Assembly (NCBI GenBank): GCA_965116885.1
Contig: OZ220741.1
Location: 5,088,001 to 5,152,000 of the forward strand
DNA from: Candidatus Latescibacterota bacterium
GTDB taxonomy: Bacteria; Latescibacterota; UBA2968
Length of the DNA: 64,000 nucleotides
Reading direction: 5' to 3'
Shown: one piece after another, positions 50,084 through 60,022 of the stretch
Numbering within the stretch: the stretch's first letter is position 1
How the letters are laid out: each line of letters begins with the position of its first letter
Program-made: the position numbers and the translations under genes
The notes under the pieces: generated by a model
The model's database searches: none
The model's input: only the letters and a program-made list of their open reading frames with translations
Told to the model about the DNA's origin: nothing

Positions 50084-52378
50084 GTGAAAAGGTTTTGTAC
50101 ATACAATTTTTTGGTCCTCATTGTACTATTGGGCGGGCGCACGGGCGCACAAGAAGGCCCGGTGATTCAGGAGATCCGCATTCGAGGCAATGATTGGGTC
50201 GAGATTTCTTTTATCGAATCTCAAAGTGGCTTATTCAAAGGACAGAATCTGGTAGAAGGCGAAGCCGCGCGGGTGATTCGCAATCTTTATAAAAGCGGTC
50301 TGTTTTCCGACATAAAAATCTCTATAGATAAGGTGTCAGAGGGTGTGGCTGTTATTATTGATTTGAAAGCCGTGCCGCGTTTGGGTGAGGTGATCTTTAA
50401 GGGCAATCGCGCAATAAAGGATAAGACACTAAAGCGCGAGTCGAAATTGACTGAAGGTCAGTTAATAAAGCATCGAGAAAAAAAGAGAGCGGTCAACAAG
50501 CTGGTCGCGCTCTATCGCAAAAAAGGCTATTTGCTCGCCTCAGTAGATGTACAAGAAGAGGCGGTTGATAAAGATGGGCGATTGCCACTGACCTTTGAAA
50601 TTCACGAGGGTGAAAAGGTCAATTTGAAAAAGATTCGTTTTCACGGCAATACGGCATTGACCGGGAAGCAACTGCGCAAACAAATGAAAGAGACCAAACA
50701 GGATGGCTGGTGGTTTGGGGGAGGCAAATACAGCGAGGAGACTTATCCCGACGACAAAGAATTGGTCTTGGCCTTTTACCGGCAAAAAGGATATCGGGAA
50801 GCGGCAATTGTATCCGATAGCTTGTCCTATGGCCCTGTGAAAAAAAATATGTACCTCGATATCACGATCGAAGAAGGGCCGCTTTATCGCTTTGGCGCAG
50901 TGAGCTGGTCGGGCAATGAGAAAATCACCGATGCCGGTTTTTCTCACTTTATTGTAGTCGATTCAGGCGCGGTCTATAACGAAGAGCGCGTCTTAAAATC
51001 GCGAGAGCAATTGCAAAATGCCTATATGGACATCGGGCATATTGGCGCGCAAGTTTTTCCACAACAAAAACCCATTGAAGGTCACGTCGTCGATGTGCAT
51101 TTTGACGTAGTCGAAAAAGATCCGTGGACAATTCGCAAAATTTTGATTACGGGCAATACCAAAACCAAAGACCGCGTGATTCGACGCGAATTGCGCGTGC
51201 GGCCAGGCGATACGTTTAGCCGCGCACTTTTGGAACGCAGCGTGCGCGAAGTCATGCAACTCAACTTTTTCACCAATGTGTTGCCCGAACCTATCGCGGT
51301 AGAAGAAACATCAGAGATTGACCTCGAGTTTACCATAGAAGAAAAGTCAACGGGTACGGCGTCTATTGGGGCGGGGTATAGCGAACGCGACAAGCTCATT
51401 GGCACCATTGGGTTGCAAATTCCCAATTTTAGAGGCAATGGACAGCAGCTTGATTTCCAGTGGGAGTTTGGATCGCGCCGCGAAACCTTTAGCATAGGGT
51501 TTACCGAACCGTGGTTCCGCAACACCCCCACGAGTATATCGGCATCGCTGTTCCGAAGCACCATACGACTGGCAACTTATGGTGTAGCGGACTTTGACCA
51601 GCGCACAGAAGGCGGTGCATTTCGCCTCGGACGCCGACTCCGCTGGCCCGATTATTCGCGCATTTCTGGAGGGTATCGCATCGAGAAGGTTGCTTTTATC
51701 AATTTTTCCGACAGTACAGATGTAAACAATCCCTTTTACCAGGACAATATAACCAGCAGCATCAGCGCGAACTTGACCCGCGACAGCCGTGATTTGCCGG
51801 TTTTTCCCACATCTGGAGGCGTAATTTCCTATTCGCCCGCATTGGCTGGCGGATTTTTGGGCGGTAATAGAGATTTTCACAAGCACGATATTGTCACGAG
51901 CTTTTACTTTCCTATATTCTGGCGATTGGCCTTAAATGTGCGGTCACAATTGGGCTTTGTCGCCAGTTATGGCACCGAGCGTGTCCCATATCAGGAATTG
52001 TATCTGCCGGGTGGCGTTGACATTTTTGAAGGCACCATGTTGCGCGGTTATCCCGACCGCTCAATTGGCCCCCGTAATATTGGAGGGGAGCCAACTGGGG
52101 GTGTCGCGCAGTTGTTGTTTAACGCAGAGATCAGTATCCCCATTGTGCCCAATCAGTTTTACGGCCTCATTTTTGCCGATGCGGGTAATGCCTGGGACAA
52201 TCTGGATCGGATCAGCCTGACAGATATGCGCCGATCGGCCGGTTTTGGCATTCGGATTGTAGCACCTGTAGTGGGTATTATGGGATTTGATTTTGCATGG
52301 GGATTTGACCGTCGGCGTGTCGATGGTCAGTCCGTACAGATGATGACGCATTTCCAATTCGGTCCGCAATTTTATTAG
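50084..52378 (+). CDS. bamA: Outer-membrane protein assembly factor BamA
   Basis: POTRA repeats (I.I.GN, GNTKTKDRVIRRE), FTEPW, LRGY, DAGNAW, terminal aromatic residue (QFY). Confidence 0.95.
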   Translation: MKRFCTYNFLVLIVLLGGRTGAQEGPVIQEIRIRGNDWVEISFIESQSGLFKGQNLVEGEAARVIRNLYKSGLFSDIKISIDKVSEGVAVIIDLKAVPRLGEVIFKGNRAIKDKTLKRESKLTEGQLIKHREKKRAVNKLVALYRKKGYLLASVDVQEEAVDKDGRLPLTFEIHEGEKVNLKKIRFHGNTALTGKQLRKQMKETKQDGWWFGGGKYSEETYPDDKELVLAFYRQKGYREAAIVSDSLSYGPVKKNMYLDITIEEGPLYRFGAVSWSGNEKITDAGFSHFIVVDSGAVYNEERVLKSREQLQNAYMDIGHIGAQVFPQQKPIEGHVVDVHFDVVEKDPWTIRKILITGNTKTKDRVIRRELRVRPGDTFSRALLERSVREVMQLNFFTNVLPEPIAVEETSEIDLEFTIEEKSTGTASIGAGYSERDKLIGTIGLQIPNFRGNGQQLDFQWEFGSRRETFSIGFTEPWFRNTPTSISASLFRSTIRLATYGVADFDQRTEGGAFRLGRRLRWPDYSRISGGYRIEKVAFINFSDSTDVNNPFYQDNITSSISANLTRDSRDLPVFPTSGGVISYSPALAGGFLGGNRDFHKHDIVTSFYFPIFWRLALNVRSQLGFVASYGTERVPYQELYLPGGVDIFEGTMLRGYPDRSIGPRNIGGEPTGGVAQLLFNAEISIPIVPNQFYGLIFADAGNAWDNLDRISLTDMRRSAGFGIRIVAPVVGIMGFDFAWGFDRRRVDGQSVQMMTHFQFGPQFY

Positions 52379-52447
52379 CGGTCAGACTCCTCCTGTACCC
52401 ATGGATGGCAAGGGAGGGCCAAAAGTTTATTCACGGAGGGAATTTTG

Positions 52448-52996
52448 ATGACACGCTGTCGCTTACTTTATGTCGCGCTATCTCTGGCACTAACTGGTAT
52501 AGCCAGTACTGCTGGCGCGGAGCTAAAGATAGGGTATATTGATTCGCAGAAAATTTTGGATCAATACAAGCCCTATCAAGATGCTTTGAGAGAATATAGC
52601 CGTTACGAAGACGAACTCCAGCGCGAGATGAGCACCATGCAAAACGATCTCGCCAAGATGCAGGACACCTACGAACGCCAATCTCTACTTTTGAGTGACA
52701 AACGCAAACAAGAAGAGCAGCAAGCTATTATAAAAAAACAGCAGGAACTGCAGCGGTTTGTGCAAGACACCACCTCTCCGCAAGGCAGTCTCGCGCGCAA
52801 GACCGCGGAATTGTCTGAACCTATTATTCAAACAGTGAATGCGGTTATCAAACAAGTGGCAGAAGACGAAGGCTTTGATTTTGTACTCAATTCGACGGCT
52901 CTGGCCTATGCGAAAGAGGCACACGATTTGACCGATAAGGTCCTCGAAGCACTTGCCAAAGATCTCGAGACCAAAGCGAAAACTGAGAGCCCATAG
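52448..52996 (+). CDS. skp: Skp/OmpH periplasmic chaperone
   Basis: Signal peptide, KIGYIDSQKIL, coiled coil, VAEDEGFDFVL, DLTDKVL. Confidence 0.92.
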   Translation: MTRCRLLYVALSLALTGIASTAGAELKIGYIDSQKILDQYKPYQDALREYSRYEDELQREMSTMQNDLAKMQDTYERQSLLLSDKRKQEEQQAIIKKQQELQRFVQDTTSPQGSLARKTAELSEPIIQTVNAVIKQVAEDEGFDFVLNSTALAYAKEAHDLTDKVLEALAKDLETKAKTESP

Positions 52997-53089
52997 TAGA
53001 TCATCTATATATGTTGTTTTCTATTGAAAGTCTCTGATTTACTCCGCGGAGTGACCGGAGACTTTTTAATGTAAACGTTGGAGGATGCC

Positions 53090-53527
53090 GTGACTCTGGA
53101 TATTAGAGATATTGAAAAAATTCTTCCGCATCGTTATCCTTTTCTGCTCGTTGATCGCGTAACCGAGTTAGTACCTGGCGAGCGGCTGGTCGCGTACAAA
53201 AATGTGTCGGCTAATGAGCCATTTTTCCAGGGACATTTTCCCGGCAATCCCGTGATGCCGGGCGTGCTCATTATCGAAGCGCTGGCTCAGGCCGCTGCAA
53301 TTTTGATGAGTGATGGGCAGGAAAGCGATTTGATCCCATTGTTTATGGGCATTGACAAAGCGCGTTTCCGCAGACAAGTTGTGCCCGGTGATCAACTTCA
53401 GCTAAAAGTCAAAGTAGGCCAAAAACGCCGCAATGTGTGCAAAGGGATTGGCGAAGCCACAGTGGATGGCGATGTCGCTGCACAGGCAGAATTGATGGCG
53501 ATGTTTGCAAAGCGCGAAGATTTGTAG
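53090..53527 (+). CDS. fabZ: 3-hydroxyacyl-ACP dehydratase (stand-alone, no LpxC fusion)
   Basis: [50 protein letters not shown] before GTG 53090. Confidence 0.95.
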   Translation: MTLDIRDIEKILPHRYPFLLVDRVTELVPGERLVAYKNVSANEPFFQGHFPGNPVMPGVLIIEALAQAAAILMSDGQESDLIPLFMGIDKARFRRQVVPGDQLQLKVKVGQKRRNVCKGIGEATVDGDVAAQAELMAMFAKREDL

Positions 53528-53546
53528 CACCCCCTATCCTCGTTCT

Positions 53547-53590
53547 AAAAAAAACTCGGCGCGAATATAAAAGCCGAGTTTTTTGTTTTA
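53547..53590. terminator. Bidirectional terminator between fabZ and the ABC-F gene
   Basis: aaaaaactcggc...gccgagtttttt with A and T runs on both sides. Confidence 0.75.
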
Positions 53591-53623
53591 TAAAGTTTTC
53601 AGCGGAAAATATCCGCATACCGC

Positions 53624-55495
53624 TCATTTTTCTTTTTCCAAAATTTCCCATTCTTCAAATAAGTGATCCATTCTATTTTGAATCTCTTCTTTTTCTTGCG
53701 CCAGTTCTTTCAGGCGATGCCAATCGGTGGCCTGGTCTTCTCGCGCCATTTCTTTAGCTATCTGATCGGCCTGGTCTTCGAGTGTTGCTATTGCTTCTTC
53801 TATTTCGGCCAAGCGGCGTTCCCGTCTTTGCTGCTGCCGCATTGCGCGCTTGCGATTTTTATAGTCGGTTTGCGTTTGAGGTGCATTCTGTACGGTCGGT
53901 ATTTCTACAACCTGCATCTGGCGCTGGTAAGCATCGTAATTGCCGTCCACCAGTTGCCACTTTCCGTCGCCAAGCACGATCAGGCGATTGACCAGACGAT
54001 TGAGAAAGTATCGGTCGTGTGAAACCGCGATTACAGTCCCCTCAAAAGTCTCAAGCGCGTTTTCCAGCACATGGCGGGAGGCGATATCCAGGTGGTTGGT
54101 GGGTTCGTCAAGCACCAGCAGATTGAGGGGTGCGCGCATGAGTTTAGCCAGGGCAACGCGACTTTGTTCTCCCCCACTGAGCGAACGCGTCTCGCGTTCC
54201 ACGTCGTCCCCAGAAAAGAGAAAAGCACCCAGAAAGTTTCTAATCTCAACCTCTGGAACATTGGGCGTAAGTGACCATATCTCTTCGAGAACGCTCAAAT
54301 TGGGATTCAGGTCCTGACGGGTTTGCGCATAATATCCAATCTCGAGACCTTTGCCCGGAATAACGCGTCCCGAGTCCGGTGCGAGTTGTTCCATAAAAAT
54401 TTTCAAAAGTACGGATTTGCCCGAACCATTGGGACCTATAATTCCAAGGCGCTCGCCCCACCACAACGTGAAGTTGAGATCGGCAAATAAAGGGCGATCA
54501 GGATAGGCTTTGGTAAGATTTTCAACCTGTAAAACGCGATCTCCCCCCCGTGTGGTGGTATTAAATTTGAGCGCGATATCGCGTTGTTGTACAACGCGTT
54601 CTACGCGATCGAGTTTTTCAAGTGCCCTGCGTCGGCTCTGCGCCTGCCTGGTCTTTTGTCCGGCGATATTCCGGCGGATATACTCTTCGGTTCTCTCAAT
54701 ATGCGCTTGCTGCGCACGATAGGCTTTTTGCTGCTGCGCACGGCGCTGTTCTTTTTCGTGGATATAAAAGGAATATGTTCCCGAATACTGTTCGACCACG
54801 CCTTGTTCCAGATCTACAATTTTGGTCACTGTGCGCTCGAGAAAAGTGCGGTCATGGGAAATAATGACAAAGGCTTTGGCATAATCCGAAAGAAAGTACT
54901 CGAGCCACTCTATAGCCTGCAGATCGAGATGATTGGTAGGTTCATCCAGAAGCAACAAATCGGGTTCTCTTGCGAGCAATTGGCCAAGGGCCAGGCGATT
55001 TTTCTGCCCGCCACTGAGCACTTGCGTTGACAATTTCAGATCGGCTTCGCAAAAACCAAGTCCGAAAAGAATGGCCTTGGCACGGGCTTCTGTCGCATAC
55101 CCTCCCATGTGCTCATACTGGTCGCGGAGATGCCCGTAATCATCGAGTACAGCATCGGAATTTTCACCCTCAGCCATGGTTTTTTCCAAATCCTGAAGGC
55201 GGTGTTGCAGAGCCAGAATATCGGCAAAAGCATCGAGTGCCGCATCCATAACTGTGCAATCTGAATCAAATGTGGGTTCCTGAGTTAGAAATCCAATATT
55301 GAGACCGCGCTGCCTGTGCAGTTGCCCTCGATCGGGCAGGCTTTCTTCGGTTATGAGCCGAAGCAACGTGGTTTTGCCACACCCGTTGGGACCGACAAGC
55401 CCGATGCGATCACCTGGATCAATTTGCCAATGAATACCAGTGAGCACATCGTACGCGCCGAAAGATTTCCAGATATCTTTGAGTTGGATAATCAC
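53624..55495 (-). CDS. ABC-F family ATPase (Uup/YheS-like)
   Basis: Two ABC domains (GPNGCGKTT, LSGGQ, DEPTNHLD; GPNGSGKS, LSGGE, DEPTNHLD), no TM helices, C-terminal coiled coil. Confidence 0.92.
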   Translation of the reverse strand: MIIQLKDIWKSFGAYDVLTGIHWQIDPGDRIGLVGPNGCGKTTLLRLITEESLPDRGQLHRQRGLNIGFLTQEPTFDSDCTVMDAALDAFADILALQHRLQDLEKTMAEGENSDAVLDDYGHLRDQYEHMGGYATEARAKAILFGLGFCEADLKLSTQVLSGGQKNRLALGQLLAREPDLLLLDEPTNHLDLQAIEWLEYFLSDYAKAFVIISHDRTFLERTVTKIVDLEQGVVEQYSGTYSFYIHEKEQRRAQQQKAYRAQQAHIERTEEYIRRNIAGQKTRQAQSRRRALEKLDRVERVVQQRDIALKFNTTTRGGDRVLQVENLTKAYPDRPLFADLNFTLWWGERLGIIGPNGSGKSVLLKIFMEQLAPDSGRVIPGKGLEIGYYAQTRQDLNPNLSVLEEIWSLTPNVPEVEIRNFLGAFLFSGDDVERETRSLSGGEQSRVALAKLMRAPLNLLVLDEPTNHLDIASRHVLENALETFEGTVIAVSHDRYFLNRLVNRLIVLGDGKWQLVDGNYDAYQRQMQVVEIPTVQNAPQTQTDYKNRKRAMRQQQRRERRLAEIEEAIATLEDQADQIAKEMAREDQATDWHRLKELAQEKEEIQNRMDHLFEEWEILEKEK

Positions 55496-56310
55496 CTTTT
55501 ACTGCCTCTTGCGCCATTAAGCATCTGACGCAGATCTTCCGCAGATTGTCGAGCGGCGTCTGCAAAATCGGTACCACTGGAAGCGTAGAGGATGCTGCGC
55601 GACGAGTTGACGAGAATACCGCTGCCTTTTCCGTTCAGACCATTTTGGACAATTGCATTAGTCTGACCACCTTGCATTCCCACGCCGGGTAAAAGGATGG
55701 GGAGGTCAGTGGCAATCGCGCGAATAATTTTTAAGTCGTTGGGATGTGTTGCACCCACAACGAGACCGCAAGGTCCTTTTTCCGACCATTTCACAGCTTT
55801 TTGCGCGAGCACCTCATACAACACGCCCTGGTCTGTGTTGAGGCGCAAAATATCAGCCGACCCGGGATTGGATGTGAGGCACAAAAGGAAAGCACAACCG
55901 TTTTGATAAGCCAAAAAGGGGGCAATAGCATCTGTTCCCATCAGAGGGTTGACAGTCACTGCGTCAACGCCGAGTTGGCAGTATGCCATGTATGCATAGT
56001 GTTCTGCTGTATTGCCAATGTCGCCAGCTTTGAAATCGAGTATAATTGGCATATCGTTGGGAATAGCATGGATCGCGCCTTGAAGTGCCTCCCAACCCGC
56101 TATACCCTGCGCACCAAAAAATGCAAAATTGGGTTTATACACACAGGCAATATCTCTCGTAGCGGCTATAATTTCCTTGAGAAAAGCAAGTGTGGGATTG
56201 GATTTTCCTTTGAGGTGTTCGGGCAGTTTTGCTGGATCGGGATCGAGCCCCACGCACACAAAACTATCGTTGCGTTGTACTGTATCGCTGTATTTTTCTA
56301 AAAAAGACAT
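55492..56310 (-). CDS. pyrF: Orotidine-5'-phosphate decarboxylase
   Basis: CVGLDPD, KPNFAFF, DFKAGDIGNT, TSNPG, VVGAT, PGVG.QGG, SSRSI. Confidence 0.95.
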   Translation of the reverse strand: MSFLEKYSDTVQRNDSFVCVGLDPDPAKLPEHLKGKSNPTLAFLKEIIAATRDIACVYKPNFAFFGAQGIAGWEALQGAIHAIPNDMPIILDFKAGDIGNTAEHYAYMAYCQLGVDAVTVNPLMGTDAIAPFLAYQNGCAFLLCLTSNPGSADILRLNTDQGVLYEVLAQKAVKWSEKGPCGLVVGATHPNDLKIIRAIATDLPILLPGVGMQGGQTNAIVQNGLNGKGSGILVNSSRSILYASSGTDFADAARQSAEDLRQMLNGARGSKR

Positions 56311-56393
56311 TCAATCTCTCCATTAAGCAAATGGCGGACCCCTCGTGGGAATCCGCCGTTACTGAATAACACCGCTCCAGCACATGCTTTGAA

Positions 56394-56763
56394 ACAAGCG
56401 GGCCTGTAAGCCGAGTTCTGTCGTTTGGTATCCCAAACGGATGGTCATTTATCTGGGACGCCGGTTACCCGACGCCTCTTGCGGCCTACCCGAGCGTAAT
56501 AGCGAGACGGGCTATCTCTTCGCTCCTATTCGGCCTTGCTCCAAATGGGGTTTACCGTGCCGCGCTCGTCGCCGAGTCGCGCGGTGGGCTCTTACCCCAC
56601 CGTTTCACCCTTGCCCGCAGCGCGAATCATCACGCCCGCTGGCGGTCTGTTCTCTGTGGCACTTTCCATCGGGTCGCCCCGCCTGGGTGTTACCCAGCAT
56701 TTTGCCCTGTGGAGCTCGGACTTTCCTCATCCCGAAAGGGACGCGACCACCCAGCCCACTTGT
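56394..56763 (-). ncRNA. rnpB: RNase P RNA (bacterial type A)
   Basis: Minus strand GAGGAAAGUCCGAGCUCC, GGAAAGUGCCACAGAGAACAGACCGCC, GGUGAAACGGUGGGGUAAGAGCCCACC, ACAGAACUCGGCUUAC; the ends pair as P1. Confidence 0.97.
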
Positions 56764-56770
56764 AATATTT

Positions 56771-57193
56771 TTATTTTTTAGACGTATCGGCACTGTCTTT
56801 TGTTGCAATGCCCTGATTTGCCAATCGGTCAGCTTCTCTATTTTGCTCTCGGCGCACATGTTTGATCTGAAAGCCATCAAAAATCCTACTCTGCATCCGG
56901 GCGGTTTGATAAAGCGGCAAAAGCCCACCGCTTTTGACTTTGTACGTCCCATTCATCTGGCGAACCACGAGTTCGCTGTCGGAAAAAACTATCACCCGAT
57001 TGGCTTTGAACTGTGCCGCTATTTCGAGCCCCTTGATCAGCGCGCGATACTCTGCGACATTATTGGTCGTACAACCAATATATTCACAGTGTTCTGTGAG
57101 CAACTCTCCACCTGCTTCAATGCGAATGCCAATACCAGCATGCCCGGGATTGCCCCTGGATGCCCCATCAATAAATAGAGTCAATTCGGTCAA
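56771..57193 (-). CDS. rnhA: Ribonuclease HI (short type)
   Basis: DGASRGNPG, TNNVAEY, DSELVVRQ, HVRREQNREADRLAN. Confidence 0.92.
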   Translation of the reverse strand: MTELTLFIDGASRGNPGHAGIGIRIEAGGELLTEHCEYIGCTTNNVAEYRALIKGLEIAAQFKANRVIVFSDSELVVRQMNGTYKVKSGGLLPLYQTARMQSRIFDGFQIKHVRREQNREADRLANQGIATKDSADTSKK

Positions 57194-57912
57194 ACCGCAG
57201 CCTCTTCGTCACTCCACACCAGAAGGCGACCACAACTTTCGCAGCGCATGATGCTATCGGCGCGTCTGACTTCCACCAGGCGTTGAGGGGATAATTGGCG
57301 GTAACAGCCGCCACAGGACCCTTTGCGAATGGGTACAATAGCAATACCGCCTTTGACAACTTTGCGAATGCTATTGTATATGCTTAAAGGGCGGCGTTCC
57401 ACACCGGGTTCGATGGCTGACCGCTTCTTTTGCCAGGCACCCACATCTTTTTCTACAGAATTGAGTTTGACCGTTAATTCGTCAATGCGTTTTTGCCGGT
57501 CTTCTTCAATCTCCCGGTAGTAATTTTCGTCTTCGCGGAGTTTTTCCACAATTTTTTCAACCGTATCGATACTTTCCAAAATGGCGGTTTCGTGTTGGTC
57601 CTTGCGGTCGTTGAGGGTCGCGATTTCGATTTGTAAGGCATCGTATTCTTTGTTCGTTTTTACTTCGTAGAGACGGTCTTGATGTTTTTTCAGGTCTTCT
57701 TCTATTGCGCCGAGTTCTCTTTCGAGTGCCCGGCGATCTTTTTCCAGTTCTTCACTGCGCTGCTGTTGGGCATCGAGTTGATCGCGTGCATCTTGCAGTT
57801 CACCTTTGAGACTGTTGATTTCTTTGGGATAATCGGTTTGAGATTGGTGCAACGCATTGATTTCTTTGTCGATTTCTTGTAGTTTCAGCAAATTAACCAA
57901 ACTCTCTCTCAT
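57190..57912 (-). CDS. Coiled-coil protein with C4 zinc ribbon (DUF164/CT398-like)
   Basis: L..LQEID, VKTNKEY.AL..EI, CGGC...CESCGRLL. Confidence 0.88.
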   Translation of the reverse strand: MRESLVNLLKLQEIDKEINALHQSQTDYPKEINSLKGELQDARDQLDAQQQRSEELEKDRRALERELGAIEEDLKKHQDRLYEVKTNKEYDALQIEIATLNDRKDQHETAILESIDTVEKIVEKLREDENYYREIEEDRQKRIDELTVKLNSVEKDVGAWQKKRSAIEPGVERRPLSIYNSIRKVVKGGIAIVPIRKGSCGGCYRQLSPQRLVEVRRADSIMRCESCGRLLVWSDEEAAV

Positions 57913-57935
57913 GCGCGGGTCTCCTTGTGAAGCGT

Positions 57936-57973
57936 AAAAAGAAAAGGTGCTACCCTGAGCAGGTGCACCTTTC
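57936..57973 (-). terminator. Intrinsic terminator downstream of tRNA-Val
   Basis: Minus strand AAAGGUGC...GCACCUUU followed by UCUUUUU. Confidence 0.65.
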
Positions 57974-58022
57974 TATGGCCGTCTTTGCTACAACTTGAAC
58001 CTCTTGATCAGAGGCATTGTAA

Positions 58023-58099
58023 TGGTGGGCGATACTGGATTTGAACCAGTGACCTCCGGTATGTGAAACCGGCACTCTAACCAACTGAGCTAATCGCCC
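58023..58099 (-). tRNA. tRNA-Val (anticodon CAC)
   Basis: GGGCGAT acceptor stem, AGCTCAGTTGGTTAGAG, CCGGT-TTCACAT-ACCGG, GGTTCAAATCC, CCA end. Confidence 0.97.
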
Positions 58100-58251
58100 A
58101 ATTTCGCAATAATACCGCACAGAACGACCGACCTATTTTTTAAAAATTAAGAGCAGGACAGAAAATTTTACAACGCATTTTAATTAACAAAAGATAGTTT
58201 GGGATGTCAAGCCCGATTCCTGAAATCAGGCTCTGGCTACCCCCTCCACAT

Positions 58252-59022
58252 TTACGCATTTTCTTTCAACTGCACAGTATCGGGCCGCCGACCTATTGAC
58301 GGTGGCGCCATTAAGCGAACCTGTTGTGCCGTCAAATTTTCATAATCATCGACATTGTAATACGTATTTGCCCACGATGAATGTCCGGGGCTGTATTTAT
58401 ACAGAAATGCGCGTCGCTCGTGATCGGCTGTCCACGGCATCGTTCCGTGTACCAGCGCCTCTGTAAAAATCAACGCATCTCCCGCGTTCACTTCGGGCTG
58501 TACCACATAGTGAGGTACCCGTTCATACTCCCGCACATCCTGTGGAATGCTATTTAAAAAATTGGTCTTGTGCGTGCCGGGAATACAACAAAACCCACCA
58601 TCGCCTTTGCGTGCAGGCATCGTAAAAAAGGTTACCACCGTCAACCCGGTTCGAATAACACCATCGCGGTATTTGTACCAATGATCGCCCTCGCGCCCAT
58701 TATCGCCCCCGTGCAATCGCCCCCGCCGCCCACCTTTTTGCATAAAAATGCTGTAATCGTGATCAATGCGCACCTTTGACCCCAAAAATGTCAGCAGATA
58801 AGGCATAATCTTCGGGTGATCCAGCAACTTTTGAAAAGGCAACCCCCACGTTGAAGGCCGCCCCACATTGCGATATCCACCATTGCCATCTACCGCCTTC
58901 ATCTTCTCATCGGCAATTGCATTGAGCTCATCAACTTCCCGCTCTGAAAGCACATTCTCAATGACAATATAGCCATCTAAATCAAATACGAACTTATCTT
59001 CAATATCCACCGATAACGGCAT
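58252..59022 (-). CDS. Phytanoyl-CoA dioxygenase (PhyH) family protein
   Basis: FDLDGYIVIENVL, LHGG, GGFCCIPGTHK, GDALIFTEALVHG, RR. Confidence 0.85.
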   Translation of the reverse strand: MPLSVDIEDKFVFDLDGYIVIENVLSEREVDELNAIADEKMKAVDGNGGYRNVGRPSTWGLPFQKLLDHPKIMPYLLTFLGSKVRIDHDYSIFMQKGGRRGRLHGGDNGREGDHWYKYRDGVIRTGLTVVTFFTMPARKGDGGFCCIPGTHKTNFLNSIPQDVREYERVPHYVVQPEVNAGDALIFTEALVHGTMPWTADHERRAFLYKYSPGHSSWANTYYNVDDYENLTAQQVRLMAPPSIGRRPDTVQLKENA

Positions 59023-59229
59023 GCTTCACTCCTTTAGATATGGACACAAAACAATCGAATTTTGAAAAAGATAATAGTCTCAATAACCCTCGTCAATGAA
59101 GTTCCTTTAAGTGAGGTTCCAGGATACAGAATGCTTTGTTCCTTGCCTATGTCGATAAACTGAAGTATTTTTTAGGAAAAGACCCAAAAAACCGGAGCGC
59201 AATCAAGATTGTTATTGAGGAATAACAAA

Positions 59230-59520
59230 ATGAAACAAACTACACTTAAAATGCAGTTTCACCTTCCGATAGAAAACATCTCTAAAAAACATCAAACGGA
59301 AGCGACAAAAAAGGCAAAAGTTGCCTTCGTACTTGAACTTCTCCGACAAGGGGACATCAGTGCGGGAAAAGCGGCAGAACTTCTCAACGTTTCCCGATGG
59401 AAACTTTCAGAGTTAATGGCTGATGCGGGAATTTCCGCCTTTGATGAAAGCCAGACAGCAGAAACCTTACAAGCAGAAGTTGATAACGCACTGAAAGATT
59501 TCGAAAATTCCACACCATGA
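59230..59520 (+). CDS. UPF0175-family antitoxin
   Basis: L.QGDISAGKAAELLNVSRW.L.EL....GI HTH; ATGA overlap with the PIN gene. Confidence 0.8.
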   Translation: MKQTTLKMQFHLPIENISKKHQTEATKKAKVAFVLELLRQGDISAGKAAELLNVSRWKLSELMADAGISAFDESQTAETLQAEVDNALKDFENSTP

Positions 59521-60005
59521 AAGTTGTTACAAATAGTACGCCGTTAATTGAACTTTCAAAAATCCGCCAATTGGAACTCCTTCGGGATGTATATGGCTCA
59601 ATCATCATTCCAGAAGAAGTGTACACCGAAGTGGTCATTGATGGTGCTGGTGAATCGGGAGCTGCAGAAGTGGCAGCGGCACAGTGGATTTCGCGCCAGG
59701 CGGTAACAGATAAAAATCAAGTCCTGATACTTCACAACAGCACGCCACTCGGTTTGGGGGAATGTGGAACTATTGTGCTTGCTGAAGAAATTGATGCACA
59801 ACGCGTAATAATTGATGACCGCACCGCACGACGGGTAGCAATGACACGGGGCCTACCCATTATCGGTATAGTCGGTGTTCTCCTTGTTGCCAAAACCCGC
59901 CACATCATTCCCGATGTCAAACCCATACTCGATAATCTTCGGGACCATGGTACGCGAATTAGCCAAAGACTCTATCACCAAACACTCACAACCGCAGGAG
60001 AATAA
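59517..60005 (+). CDS. DUF3368-family PIN-domain toxin
   Basis: VVTNSTPLI.L, IP.EVY.E, LGLGE, IDDR.AR..A...GL..IG..GVL..AK. Confidence 0.85.
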   Translation: MKVVTNSTPLIELSKIRQLELLRDVYGSIIIPEEVYTEVVIDGAGESGAAEVAAAQWISRQAVTDKNQVLILHNSTPLGLGECGTIVLAEEIDAQRVIIDDRTARRVAMTRGLPIIGIVGVLLVAKTRHIIPDVKPILDNLRDHGTRISQRLYHQTLTTAGE

Positions 60006-60022
60006 AAACAAAAGGAGCATTG

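Noticed and set aside
56441..57178. 245-aa plus-strand ORF and other ORFs over rnpB
   Set aside because: They lie antisense to or overlap RNase P RNA and rnhA; shadow ORFs.
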